From positions 1,728,001-1,792,000 of the forward strand of contig CBDFLJ010000001.1 in the NCBI GenBank assembly GCA_965248835.1: a DNA stretch of 64,000 nt. The letters are read 5' to 3'. This document shows, in pieces, positions 9,917-19,518 of the stretch. Made by a program: the position numbers and the translations under genes. Within the stretch, counting starts at the first letter, position 1. Each line of letters starts with the position of its first letter. Source of the stretch: Alphaproteobacteria bacterium. GTDB taxonomy: Bacteria; Pseudomonadota; Alphaproteobacteria; MPNO01. The notes beneath the pieces were generated by a model. That model worked only from the letters and a program-made list of their open reading frames with translations, made no database searches and had not been told where the DNA came from.

Positions 9917-11509
9917 ATGGGCGATCAGCGGGCATTGGCGAAGCACGCGCGGTCCTGGCCGTTCGAGGAGGCGCGCAAGGTCGCCGAGCGGATCGGCGGG
10001 AAGGTTCCGGCGAAGGGCTACGTGCTGTTCGAGACCGGCTACGGCCCCTCGGGCCTGCCCCATATCGGGACGTTCGGCGAGGTCGTGCGCACCCAGATGG
10101 TCCGCCACGCCTTCGGGTTGCTGTCCGACGTGCCGAGCCGGCTGTTCGCGTTCTCCGACGACATGGACGGGCTGCGCAAGGTGCCCGACAACATTCCCAA
10201 CCCGCAGGCCATGGCGCCTCATCTCGGCAAGCCGCTGACGGCGGTCCCCGATCCGTTCGGCACCCACGACAGCTTTGGCCACCACAACAACGCACGCCTG
10301 TGCACCTTCCTCGACCGGTTCGGCTTCGACTACGCGTTCAAGAGCGCGACCGAATGCTACAAGGCCGGGCTGTTCGATGAGACCCTGCTTGCCGTGCTGG
10401 CCGACTATGAGCGGATCACCAACGTCATCCTGCCGACGCTGGGGTCCGAGCGGCGGGCGACCTACAGCCCTTTCCTGCCGATCTGCCCCGCTACCGGCCG
10501 GGTCCTCCAGGTCGCGATCATCGCCCGCGACGCCGACGCGGGCACCGTCGCCTATCGGGACGAAGCCGGGCGGACGGTTGAGGTGCCGGTCACCGGCGGC
10601 CATTGCAAGCTGCAATGGAAGGCGGACTGGGCGATGCGCTGGGTGGCGCTGGACGTCGACTACGAGATGTCGGGCAAGGATCTGATCGATTCGGTTCGCC
10701 TGTCGGGGCGGATCGCCAAGTTGCTCGGCGCCCGCCCGCCCGCCGGCGTCACCTACGAGCTTTTCCTCGACGAGGCCGGCGAGAAGATCTCCAAGTCGCG
10801 CGGCAACGGGCTGTCGGTCGAGGAGTGGCTGATCTACGCCCCGGCCGAGAGCCTGGCGCTGTTCATGTACAACGCGCCGAAGAAGGCCAAGCGGCTCTAT
10901 TTCGACGTCATTCCGCGCCAGGTCGATGACTATCTCGGCTGGCTGGACAAGTACCCCGACCAGGACGGTGCGGCGCGGCTCGACAACCCGGCGTGGCACA
11001 TCCATGCCGGCGGCCCGCCGGCGCCCGAAAGCCCGATCGGATTCGGCTTGCTGCTCAACCTGGCCAGCGTGTGCAACACCGAGGACAAAGCGGTCCTATG
11101 GGGGTTCATCAGCCGCTACGATGCCCATGCCGCGCCCGGGACGGCACCGATCCTCGACCGGTTGGTCGGCCATGCGATCGCCTATTACCGCGACCGGGTC
11201 AAGCCCGCCAAGTTCTACCGGGCGGCGGGCTCGGTCGAGCGCGCGGCGCTGGCCGATCTTGCCGCCGCCCTGCGCAGCCTGCCCGTCGATGCCGATGCCG
11301 AGATCATCCAGACCGAGGTCTACGAGGTCGGCAAGCGCCATCCCTTCGAGACGCTGCGCGACTGGTTCCGCGCGCTCTACGAGATTCTCCTGGGCCAGAG
11401 CCAGGGTCCGCGCTTCGGCTCCTTTGTCGCGCTCTACGGGCTGGCCGAATCGATCGCCCTGATCGAGCGCGCGCTCGCCGGCGAGGATCTCGCCGTCGAG
11501 GCCGGGTAG
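9917..11509 (+). CDS. lysS: Lysine--tRNA ligase, class I
   Basis: [37 protein letters not shown]. Confidence 0.95.
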   Translation: MGDQRALAKHARSWPFEEARKVAERIGGKVPAKGYVLFETGYGPSGLPHIGTFGEVVRTQMVRHAFGLLSDVPSRLFAFSDDMDGLRKVPDNIPNPQAMAPHLGKPLTAVPDPFGTHDSFGHHNNARLCTFLDRFGFDYAFKSATECYKAGLFDETLLAVLADYERITNVILPTLGSERRATYSPFLPICPATGRVLQVAIIARDADAGTVAYRDEAGRTVEVPVTGGHCKLQWKADWAMRWVALDVDYEMSGKDLIDSVRLSGRIAKLLGARPPAGVTYELFLDEAGEKISKSRGNGLSVEEWLIYAPAESLALFMYNAPKKAKRLYFDVIPRQVDDYLGWLDKYPDQDGAARLDNPAWHIHAGGPPAPESPIGFGLLLNLASVCNTEDKAVLWGFISRYDAHAAPGTAPILDRLVGHAIAYYRDRVKPAKFYRAAGSVERAALADLAAALRSLPVDADAEIIQTEVYEVGKRHPFETLRDWFRALYEILLGQSQGPRFGSFVALYGLAESIALIERALAGEDLAVEAG

Positions 11510-11545
11510 GCGCGGAACCGAACCGCCCCCGACCGGGGGCCGGGC

Positions 11546-12376
11546 TCAGAGCTTGCCGATCTGCACTGCCGCATCGGCGTAGAGGACGTCGCGCACGGCG
11601 GTGGCGGCCTTGGCATGGAAGGCCGCCGCTTCCTCATCGAAGTCGCGTTCGGGGATCGGCGTCGGCGCGAAATTGCCGAACGGGTCGCTGCCGCGCACCA
11701 GGGCGGCGCTGTCCCACGCGCCGACGGTCTGCATGGTGTCCGGCGGCATGAAGTGCATCGAGACGCCGATCCGCCGGTCGGCCGCGCGGTTGGGCCCCGA
11801 GGCATGGGCCAGGCGGTAGCTGTGGAGCGACATCTGGCCGGTCTCGAGCGGCATGAACACGGCCTTGTCCTCGTCGATGCCCTCGCTGATCCGCTGGCCG
11901 CGGGTCAGCATGTTGTCCTCGTGATAGGCGTCCTCATGCGCCAGCACCGCGCCGACATGGGTGCCCGGCATGACCCGCATGCTGCCGGCCTCCAGGCTCG
12001 CCGGTGACAGCGCGAGCCAGGCGCTGACCACATGCTCCGAAGACAGCCCCCAGTAGCGGGTGTCCTGGTGCCACGACACGAAGCTCGGCGAGCCCGCGTC
12101 CTTGATCCAGAAGATCGTGTTCCAGCACAGGATGTCCGGCCCGATGAGCTGCTCGATCGGGTCCAGCACCCGGGCGTCGCGGATCAGGTCGTCGAGCCAC
12201 TTGAACAGCAGGTGCGACTTGTTGCGCTCGGCCGCCTTGAGCCGGCCGCCGTTGCGCGCCTCGACCGCCTCCAGCCTGCGCCGCAGCCCGGCGGCCTCTT
12301 CCTCGTCCATGACGGTGAACGGGAAGGCATATCCGTCGCGCCGGAACTGCTCGATCTGTGCCTCGGTCATCGCCAT
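11546..12376 (-). CDS. Phytanoyl-CoA dioxygenase (PhyH) family Fe(II)/2OG oxygenase
   Basis: WHQD...H(ASGPN)...RRIG iron/2OG ligands. Confidence 0.88.
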   Translation of the reverse strand: MAMTEAQIEQFRRDGYAFPFTVMDEEEAAGLRRRLEAVEARNGGRLKAAERNKSHLLFKWLDDLIRDARVLDPIEQLIGPDILCWNTIFWIKDAGSPSFVSWHQDTRYWGLSSEHVVSAWLALSPASLEAGSMRVMPGTHVGAVLAHEDAYHEDNMLTRGQRISEGIDEDKAVFMPLETGQMSLHSYRLAHASGPNRAADRRIGVSMHFMPPDTMQTVGAWDSAALVRGSDPFGNFAPTPIPERDFDEEAAAFHAKAATAVRDVLYADAAVQIGKL

Positions 12377-12388
12377 CGCACCGCCTCC

Positions 12389-13390
12389 TCAGGATGCCAC
12401 GCCCCAGACCAGCCCCAGCTCCTTCAACCAGCGGCGGTAGGCGACCGAGTACTTGTCGACGCGGACGTGCATCTCATCGGTCAAATCCAGCGGGATGCGC
12501 TTCGGGCGCTGGGACTCCACGACCCACTTGTCCTGGGCGAAGACCTCGTCCTGGCGGGCGATGATCTGCTCCTCGCTCACCTGGTCGCCGAAATTGATCG
12601 CGACCAGCAGCCAGACCAGGCAGTCGTCTTCAGCGAGTGGGGTCAGCGTCAGCATCATGCAGAACATGTTGCCATCGCCCGTGTCCTTGGCGAAATACGC
12701 GGTCAGCGGGCGCGGGATCCAATAGCGGTATTCCGCCATCACCGGCATGCCGCGGTGATCGGCGAATGGCTGGTAGACCCAGACCGGGCTCAACCGCAGC
12801 CCGTCCTCGTCGCGCGTCACCTCCAGGTCGTCGATCACGTCCGGCCTGCTCGGGTCGCCGTTTATCATCGGATGGACATGCGGGAAATGCGCGATATCGG
12901 TGTAGTTCTCGATCGTCCGGAAAGGGTTGGCGTGGAAGTTGTAGGGCCCGACGACCAGCTTGCGGAAGGAGTTGCTGGACCATTCCGGGAAGGTCGGCAC
13001 ATCGCGCTCGGGCGTGCCCATCGAGGCCCAGATAAAGCCGTACTTTTCCTTGGCGCGATAGGTCTCCACACGCGCCTTGGCCGGCGGCTTGACGCCCGGC
13101 ATCGCCGGGATCAGCGTGCACGCCCCACCGCGGTCGTAGTGCCAGGCGTGATAGGGGCAGACGAGCCGGCCGCCATCGACCTTGCCCAGCGACAGCCTGG
13201 AACCGCGGTGGACGCAGTAGTCGCGCCAAGCCATCACCTTGCCGCCCGAGCGCCACAGGACGATGTCGGTCCCCAGCAGCCGCGCCGGCATGACGGCATC
13301 CTCGGCCAGATCGCTCGACCGGCCGACGACGAACCAGTCGTTCAGCATCACCGGATCGTCGACCGGGGCGTCCTCCAAGGTCAGGGCCAT
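12389..13390 (-). CDS. Rieske non-heme iron oxygenase alpha subunit (VanA/demethylase-like, alpha3 type)
   Basis: Rieske CVHRG...CPYHAW; mononuclear site ENYTDIAHFPHVH and QD. Confidence 0.88.
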   Translation of the reverse strand: MALTLEDAPVDDPVMLNDWFVVGRSSDLAEDAVMPARLLGTDIVLWRSGGKVMAWRDYCVHRGSRLSLGKVDGGRLVCPYHAWHYDRGGACTLIPAMPGVKPPAKARVETYRAKEKYGFIWASMGTPERDVPTFPEWSSNSFRKLVVGPYNFHANPFRTIENYTDIAHFPHVHPMINGDPSRPDVIDDLEVTRDEDGLRLSPVWVYQPFADHRGMPVMAEYRYWIPRPLTAYFAKDTGDGNMFCMMLTLTPLAEDDCLVWLLVAINFGDQVSEEQIIARQDEVFAQDKWVVESQRPKRIPLDLTDEMHVRVDKYSVAYRRWLKELGLVWGVAS

Positions 13391-13489
13391 CGTCGCTCCG
13401 CGCCGTCAGGGGGAAGCGTCAGTGTGCCAATTCGGCGGGGATTCGTCCACACCCGGTGCGCCGAGCCTCCGGGCAAAGATCCATCGCCG

Positions 13490-14413
13490 TCATCGCTCGA
13501 CCGCGGTCTGCATCCCGGCGAAGCGCTCCGCGCCGGCCGGGAAGGCCCATTCGGCGAACGTCTCCGGTCCCGGCGTCCACTCGCCCGGCACCCAGGCGTC
13601 GGTGACGTGGTCAGTATCGAAATCGTATTCCGCCGCCCCGCCGCAGGGGTTGCGGAAATACCAGAAATAGGCCGATGAGACCGGGTGCCGACCGGGGCCG
13701 ATATGGGTCTGCCAGCCCTGGTCGGTCATGTACAGCCCGCCGCCGAACACCTCGTGGATGCTGCCGACCTCGAAGGCGACATGGTGGAAACCGGTCTCGC
13801 CGTTGTTCAGCAGGAACAGGTTGTGGTGCTCGTGGTTGGCGTTGGCGCGCAGGAACGCGCCGCGCTCGGGATAGGTGTCGGTCAGCCGGAAATCGAGCGC
13901 TTCGCGGTAGAAGTCCACCGCCTGGTCGAGCTTCGGCGCCTGGAGGACGACATGGGCGAGGATCCGCGGCCGGGCGCGCGCGCAGATCTCGGCCCGCCGG
14001 TCGATGCGCCCATGCGCACCGGGCCTGTTGTAGGCGATGTCCGCCGCCTCCACCGGCCGGCGGCGGCTCACCTGCAGGGCAATCGCATAGCCATTGGGAT
14101 CGACCGCCCGGACGATGCCGTCTTCGATGTCCACGTCGGTCAGCCCGCCCAGTCGGGCGGCGGCCTCGTCGAGGTCGGAGTCGGCGGCCACCCCCCAGGT
14201 GATCTCGCGCGCGGTGTTGCCCGCAACCGGCGCCGGCGGCAGATCCGCCGTCTCGGACGGCCGGACCACGATGGTCGTACCCTCTTCGGTCTCGAAGACC
14301 AGCCGGTCCTGGCCGTCTTCGGCGACGCTCAGCCCGAAATCCGTCCAGAACCTGCGCGCGGCCGCCATGTCGTCGACGCCGAAGGTCACCGTCTCCGGTC
14401 CCAATACGTTCAT
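13490..14413 (-). CDS. VOC family extradiol dioxygenase-like protein
   Basis: LAHVVL, HHVAFE, GPGRHP...FWYFRNPCGGAAEY. Confidence 0.82.
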   Translation of the reverse strand: MNVLGPETVTFGVDDMAAARRFWTDFGLSVAEDGQDRLVFETEEGTTIVVRPSETADLPPAPVAGNTAREITWGVAADSDLDEAAARLGGLTDVDIEDGIVRAVDPNGYAIALQVSRRRPVEAADIAYNRPGAHGRIDRRAEICARARPRILAHVVLQAPKLDQAVDFYREALDFRLTDTYPERGAFLRANANHEHHNLFLLNNGETGFHHVAFEVGSIHEVFGGGLYMTDQGWQTHIGPGRHPVSSAYFWYFRNPCGGAAEYDFDTDHVTDAWVPGEWTPGPETFAEWAFPAGAERFAGMQTAVER

Positions 14414-14422
14414 CGTCGCTTC

Positions 14423-15388
14423 CTATTCCGCTGCCTGAAGGGTGTTCGACAGCCGGCCGATCCTCTCGATCTCGACCTCGATCGTATCGCCGGGCTTCAT
14501 GAAGACCTTGGGGTCGCGGCCGAAGCCCACGCCGGCCGGCGAGCCGGTGGTCACGAGGTCGCCCGGCTCGAAGCGGTACCATCTGGAGAAATAGGACACC
14601 AGATCGATGACGCCGTAGATCAGGTCGTCGGTCCTGGTCGACTGCATCACCTCGCCGTTGAGCGTCGTGGTGAGCTGCAGGTCGTGCGGATCGGGGATCT
14701 CATCGGCGGTGGCGATCACCGGGCCGCAGGGGGTGAAGCCGGGTAGCTGCTTGCCCATGATGTTGCGCTCCCAGCTTTGGATCGCACCGAATCTGCCCTC
14801 GGCGGCCATGACCTCGGGAACCCAGTTGCGCGCCGATACGTCGTTGCAGATGGTATAGCCCGCGACGTACGCCAAGGCGTCGGCGGGATCGATGTTGTGG
14901 CAGGTCCGCCCGAAGACGAAGGTGAACTCGCCCTCGAAATCGAGCATGTCCGGGCATTGCGGCGGCACGGGGATCGGCTTGCCCGACCCGGTCAGCGAGC
15001 ACGCCGCCTTGATGAAGGCGGTCGGGTTCTTGGGCTCCGGCGTGCCGCTCATCTCCGCCAGGTGACGCCGGTAGTTCAGACCGGCCGACAGGATCAGGCG
15101 CGGGTCGGGTACCGGCGCGCGCAGCGGCGTCTGGCTCAGCGCACGCAGGACGCCGGACCCGGTCAGCCGGCTTCGTTCGGCCGCCGACAGCCCTTCGACG
15201 GCGGCAACGACCCGGCGGACAAGGGCGAGCCCGTCGGCGCCGGCCTCGAGCAGAGTCCGGATCGAGGGCGGGACGAGCCGCGCGGCCGCGATCGTCTCGC
15301 CGGCGAGCGCGAGGTCCAGGACCGTCTCGTCGTCGATCAGCACGCCCGGATGTCCGGCGGCTCCGCTATCGATGGTCACAAGCTTCAT
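14423..15388 (-). CDS. Fumarylacetoacetate hydrolase family protein
   Basis: GLNYRRH, DFEGE, NDVSAR, GK, TGSPAGVG. Confidence 0.9.
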   Translation of the reverse strand: MKLVTIDSGAAGHPGVLIDDETVLDLALAGETIAAARLVPPSIRTLLEAGADGLALVRRVVAAVEGLSAAERSRLTGSGVLRALSQTPLRAPVPDPRLILSAGLNYRRHLAEMSGTPEPKNPTAFIKAACSLTGSGKPIPVPPQCPDMLDFEGEFTFVFGRTCHNIDPADALAYVAGYTICNDVSARNWVPEVMAAEGRFGAIQSWERNIMGKQLPGFTPCGPVIATADEIPDPHDLQLTTTLNGEVMQSTRTDDLIYGVIDLVSYFSRWYRFEPGDLVTTGSPAGVGFGRDPKVFMKPGDTIEVEIERIGRLSNTLQAAE

Positions 15389-15662
15389 GGCAGGCCTCTC
15401 GTGGCAACACCGGGATCGGGACCGGCTGGCAAGCAAGTATGGCAGCGCCGCGGCCGGTGTTACAACCGGCGCTGCCGCCTGTTCTATGATGATGCGGGTT
15501 CCGGGGCGGGCACGGAGTTTCGGGTGAGGCGATGAACGACGGCGTGATCCGGCACCCCGCCATCCGCGCGGCCATCGGCGTCGATGCGGCATCCGCTATC
15601 GGCGGGCTATTCGGCCGGTGGCCGTGGATGCGCAACCGCCGGCCCCGGCAAGGTGGGCCGGA

Positions 15663-16292
15663 ATGAGACGGCCGATCGAATTCTACTTCGATTTCATCTC
15701 GCCCTTCGGCTATCTCGCCGCCGACGCGATCGAGGATCTGGCGGCCGAGTTCGGCCGCACGGTCGACTGGCACCCGTTCCTGTTGGGCGTGACGGTGATT
15801 CAGGTGATGGGCCTGAAGCCGCTGATGGAGACCCCGCTGAAGGCCGATTACATGCTGATCGACCGGCCCCGCATGGCGCGCCTGTTGGGCGTGCCGCTGA
15901 AGATCCCCGACATGCGCGGGGTGAACTCCGTCGCGGCCGCACGCGCCTATTACTGGCTGGCCGAGTCCGAGCCGGCGCTCGCCAAGGCGCTCGCCCGCCG
16001 GCTGCTGCGCCGGCTCTGGATCGAGGGGGCGGACATCACCGCGCCCGAGACCGTGATCGCCGAGGCCGCCGCGTGCGGCGCCGACGGGCCGGGCCTGCGC
16101 GCCGCGCTCGCCGGGCAGGCGGTCAAGGACAGGCTGCGCGAGGCCGTCGACCGGGCGGTTGCGCGCAAGGTTTTCGGATCGCCCTTCTTCATCGTCGACG
16201 ACCAGCCGGTCTGGGGCGTCGACCGGCTGTGGATGGTCCGCCACTGGCTCGTGCACGGTAGCTGGGACCGCGCGCCCGACACGCCGATCTGA
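15663..16292 (+). CDS. 2-hydroxychromene-2-carboxylate isomerase (DsbA/kappa-GST family)
   Basis: FYFDFISPFGYL, VFGSPFF, WGVDRL. Confidence 0.85.
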   Translation: MRRPIEFYFDFISPFGYLAADAIEDLAAEFGRTVDWHPFLLGVTVIQVMGLKPLMETPLKADYMLIDRPRMARLLGVPLKIPDMRGVNSVAAARAYYWLAESEPALAKALARRLLRRLWIEGADITAPETVIAEAAACGADGPGLRAALAGQAVKDRLREAVDRAVARKVFGSPFFIVDDQPVWGVDRLWMVRHWLVHGSWDRAPDTPI

Positions 16293-16321
16293 GGGCCGCA
16301 CCGGCTTGTCCGGAACGTCGG

Positions 16322-17902
16322 CTAAAGCGCCTCCAGCGCGCCGTCGGCGGCCATAGCGCGGAGGTCGGTCTTGCGGATCTTGCCGCTGGCGGTCAGCGGG
16401 AATTCATCGATGCGGAAGAACCGGGCCGGGACCTTGAACCGGGCGATCCGGTCCTCGCAGTAGCGCGCGAGAGCGGCTGCAGTGACCGGCCCGGCCGGCG
16501 TCAGCACCGCGGCCACGGTCTCGCCGTAATAGGCATCGGGCAGGCCGAAGACCGCGGCGTCGGCGACCGCTTCGTGGGCGCGCAGCAGGTTCTCGATCTC
16601 CACCGGATAGATGTTCTCGCCGCCGCGGATGATCATGTCGCGCAGCCGTCCGCCGGCGACCACGACATTGCCGTCCCCGGTCAGGTAGCCGAGGTCGCCG
16701 GTGCGCATCCAGCCGTCCGCGCCGATGGTCTCGGCGGTCGCTTCCGGGTTGTCGAAATAGCCCCGCATCACCATCGGTCCGCGGGTTCGGATCTCGCCGA
16801 TCTGACCGGCCGGGCGGTCCGCGCCGGTCTCGGAGTCAGTGATGCGGACCTCGGCGCCGGGCAAAGGCGGGCCGCAGGTCTCGAACCGCTCCGGTGCGGT
16901 GTGATCGGCAAGGCTGATCAGCGTGCTGGCCTCGGTCTGGCCGTAGACCTGGACGATGCCCGGGATCGGCATCGCCTCCGCGCAGCGCGCGAGCAGAACC
17001 GGATCGGTGTCCGCCCCGCCGCAGGTACCCGCGCGCAGGCTCGACAGATCGTGCGCGGTGCGCGCGGGGTGGTCCAGCATGGCAAGGAACGAGGTCGGCA
17101 CGCCGGACAGCATCGTGCAGCGCTCGTCTTCAATGACGCGAAACATCGTCGACGGATCGAACGCCGGAACCCCGACATAGCATGCGCCCCGCTGCACCGT
17201 GCCCAGCACGCACATGATGCAGCCGGCGCAGTGGAAAAGCGGGATGATCGAGGTCCAACGGTCGGTCTCGCCGACCCCCAGCCGGCCGGAGATTCCCCAG
17301 GCATTGGCCAGCATCCCGGCGTGCGTCAAAAGCGCGCCCTTGGGAAAGCCCGTGGTCCCCGAGGTGTATTGCAGCGACCCCACCGCATCGGGCGCCACGG
17401 CGGGCAGCGCGGTGGTGCTCGCCCGCCCCGCCGCCGCGAGCGCGGCATAGCCCGTGCAGTCCGGCGCCGCGCGATCGATGCAGATCAGCCTGTCCAGATC
17501 CGGCAGCTCGCCGCGGAGGCCGCGGACCGTCGCGAGATAGCGGTTGCTGCGGAAAGCCTCCGACAGGAACAGCGCGCGCGTCCTGGAATGGCCCAGCGCA
17601 TAGCCCAGATCCTCGCGGCGGTAATGGGTGTTCAGCGGGACCGCGACCGCGCCGGCCATCGCGATGGCGAGCTGGATCACCGACCATTCGATCCGCGCCT
17701 CGGCGAGGATCCCGACATGGCTGCCCGGCCCGATGCCGCTGTCGACCAGCCCGCGGGCGAGCGCGGTCGCCTCATCGTGCCATTGGCGATAGCTCAGGCG
17801 GTGGCCGGATTCGGGGAACACCAGCGCTTCGGCGTCGCCGCGCACGGCCGCTTGTCTCGCCAGCGCCTCACCCGGCGTGGCAAACGGTGTCAGCCCGTCC
17901 AT
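16322..17902 (-). CDS. AMP-binding acyl-CoA synthetase
   Basis: YTSGTTGFPKG, YGQTE, TGDLG, SGKI. Confidence 0.9.
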   Translation of the reverse strand: MDGLTPFATPGEALARQAAVRGDAEALVFPESGHRLSYRQWHDEATALARGLVDSGIGPGSHVGILAEARIEWSVIQLAIAMAGAVAVPLNTHYRREDLGYALGHSRTRALFLSEAFRSNRYLATVRGLRGELPDLDRLICIDRAAPDCTGYAALAAAGRASTTALPAVAPDAVGSLQYTSGTTGFPKGALLTHAGMLANAWGISGRLGVGETDRWTSIIPLFHCAGCIMCVLGTVQRGACYVGVPAFDPSTMFRVIEDERCTMLSGVPTSFLAMLDHPARTAHDLSSLRAGTCGGADTDPVLLARCAEAMPIPGIVQVYGQTEASTLISLADHTAPERFETCGPPLPGAEVRITDSETGADRPAGQIGEIRTRGPMVMRGYFDNPEATAETIGADGWMRTGDLGYLTGDGNVVVAGGRLRDMIIRGGENIYPVEIENLLRAHEAVADAAVFGLPDAYYGETVAAVLTPAGPVTAAALARYCEDRIARFKVPARFFRIDEFPLTASGKIRKTDLRAMAADGALEAL

Positions 17903-17976
17903 CCGTCGGCTTGAGCCCGTCGTTCGACAGTCCAGGGGGGGCGATGATATCTTCCGGCCCGGCCCCGGCCAATGTC

Positions 17977-19233
17977 ATGTCCCGCCACCCTTCAGGGCGT
18001 CCCGGCTTGTCCGAACCCGGAATCGAAATCAATCCTGGCCGCCTGATCGCCGACATGCGGGCGCTGGCCGCGTTCGGCAAGCTCGGCAGCGGCGTCAGCC
18101 GCGTCGCGTTCTCCGAACCCGACATTGCCGCCCGGCATTGGCTGCGCCGGCGCATGGAAGAGGCCGGGCTGGAGGCGGTGATCGACAACGCGGCCAACGT
18201 CATCGGCCGCATGCGCTCGGACCGGCCGGGCGTGCTGATCGGCAGCCACAGCGATTCGGTGCCCCAGGGCGGCTGGCTCGACGGCGCGATGGGGGTGATC
18301 TACGGCCTGGAGATCGCACGCGCGGTGATCGAGGCCGATGCGGCTGAACGCTTCCCGGTCGATGCGGTCTCTTTCCAGGACGAGGAGACGACCTACCTTG
18401 CGACCTTCGGCAGCCGCAGCCTGTTCGGCGAGGTGCAGCCCGGCGAGATCGAGGCCGCACGCAATATCGACGGCCGGCCGCTGGCCGAGGCAATCGGCGC
18501 GGCCGGCGTGGCGGGCAACCCGGAGGTCCGGCTGGACCCGGCCCGGTACGCGGCCTATCTCGAGGCCCATATCGAACAGGGGCCGCGGCTGGAGGCGGCG
18601 GGCCTGCGGATCGGGATTGTGACCGCGATCGTCGGCATCCGGCGCTACCGGATCGAGATCGCCGGCGAAGCTGGCCACGCGGGCACGGTGCCGATGGATA
18701 TGCGCAAGGACGCCGGTGCCGCGGCAATTACGCTGGCCAATGCGATCCTGGAGGAATTCCGCAGCCTTGCCGGTCCCGATTCGGTATGGAACATCGGCAC
18801 CATGACTCTCACCCCCGGTGCGGCGAACGTGGTTCCGTCCAAGGCCGAGTTCGTCGTCGAACTGCGCGATACCGACGAGGCGGCGATCGACCTGCTGGGC
18901 TCCCGGCTGGAGGCGCTTGTCCGGGACCGGGCCGGCCGCAACGGCCTGCCGGTGGAGGTCACACGGCCGCTCGACATCGCACCGTCGCGGATGGACCCGG
19001 CGCTCGGCACACGGATCGAAGAGGCGGCCAAGGCGCGCGGCGCGCCCTACATGTACATGCCCAGCGGCGCCGGCCACGACGCGATGATCGCGTCGCGCCA
19101 CATGCCGTCCGCGATGCTGTTCGTCCCCTCGATCGGCGGCCGCAGCCACACCCTGGTCGAGGACACCGATGAAGCCGACATCATCCTCGGCTGCCAGGTC
19201 CTCGCCGACGCGGTCACCCGGATTCTGGCCTGA
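17977..19233 (+). CDS. Zn-dependent hydrolase, allantoate amidohydrolase/N-carbamoylase (M20) family
   Basis: GSHSDSVPQGGWLDG, DEE, EAHIEQGP, GHAGT, SGAGHDA, SH; start uncertain. Confidence 0.85.
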   Translation: MSRHPSGRPGLSEPGIEINPGRLIADMRALAAFGKLGSGVSRVAFSEPDIAARHWLRRRMEEAGLEAVIDNAANVIGRMRSDRPGVLIGSHSDSVPQGGWLDGAMGVIYGLEIARAVIEADAAERFPVDAVSFQDEETTYLATFGSRSLFGEVQPGEIEAARNIDGRPLAEAIGAAGVAGNPEVRLDPARYAAYLEAHIEQGPRLEAAGLRIGIVTAIVGIRRYRIEIAGEAGHAGTVPMDMRKDAGAAAITLANAILEEFRSLAGPDSVWNIGTMTLTPGAANVVPSKAEFVVELRDTDEAAIDLLGSRLEALVRDRAGRNGLPVEVTRPLDIAPSRMDPALGTRIEEAAKARGAPYMYMPSGAGHDAMIASRHMPSAMLFVPSIGGRSHTLVEDTDEADIILGCQVLADAVTRILA

Positions 19234-19246
19234 AACGTTTCAGGCC
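19227..19246. repeat. Perfect 20-bp palindrome GGCCTGAAACGTTTCAGGCC spanning the hydrolase stop codon
   Basis: Read directly from the sequence; self-complementary. Confidence 0.9.
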
Positions 19247-19304
19247 GCACTTCTCGCTGAAGGAGCTGTTCGACGTCCGGGTCAATCGTCAGCGTGGTTC
19301 GCAT
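19245..19304 (-). pseudogene. Truncated ribbon-helix-helix antitoxin (VapB-like) N-terminal fragment
   Basis: MRTTLTIDPDVEQLLQREVR resembles the MRTTLtlDdDv RHH antitoxin start; minus-strand TTGACA (19335-19340) and GCATCtcGATGC inverted repeat (19310-19321) upstream. Confidence 0.55.
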
Positions 19305-19518
19305 GGATAGCATCTCGATGCGCCTGATTATTGATGTCAAGATGTCTCTGATTGGCAGAGGCTTCGTCTGCCCTCACGGTTTGCCGCCCGACGACAGCCT
19401 CCCCGCACACCGGAGATCCGCCCCGCCGCACTTGGCTGCGATTTCCGCATGGCATAACCTGCTTTGCCGATCCTGATCGTCGGTGCCGCGGCGGACGGCA
19501 AGCTGCAGGGAGACCGAT

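Noticed and set aside
11546-12376. PhyH protein as a SyrB2/CurA-type halogenase
   Set aside because: It keeps the HxD carboxylate ligand (HQD); halogenases replace Asp with Ala or Gly.
13405-13432. Sigma54-like TGGCAC motif upstream of the Rieske gene (and a similar one near 43094-43108)
   Set aside because: GG-to-GC spacing is 9 nt, not the required 10.
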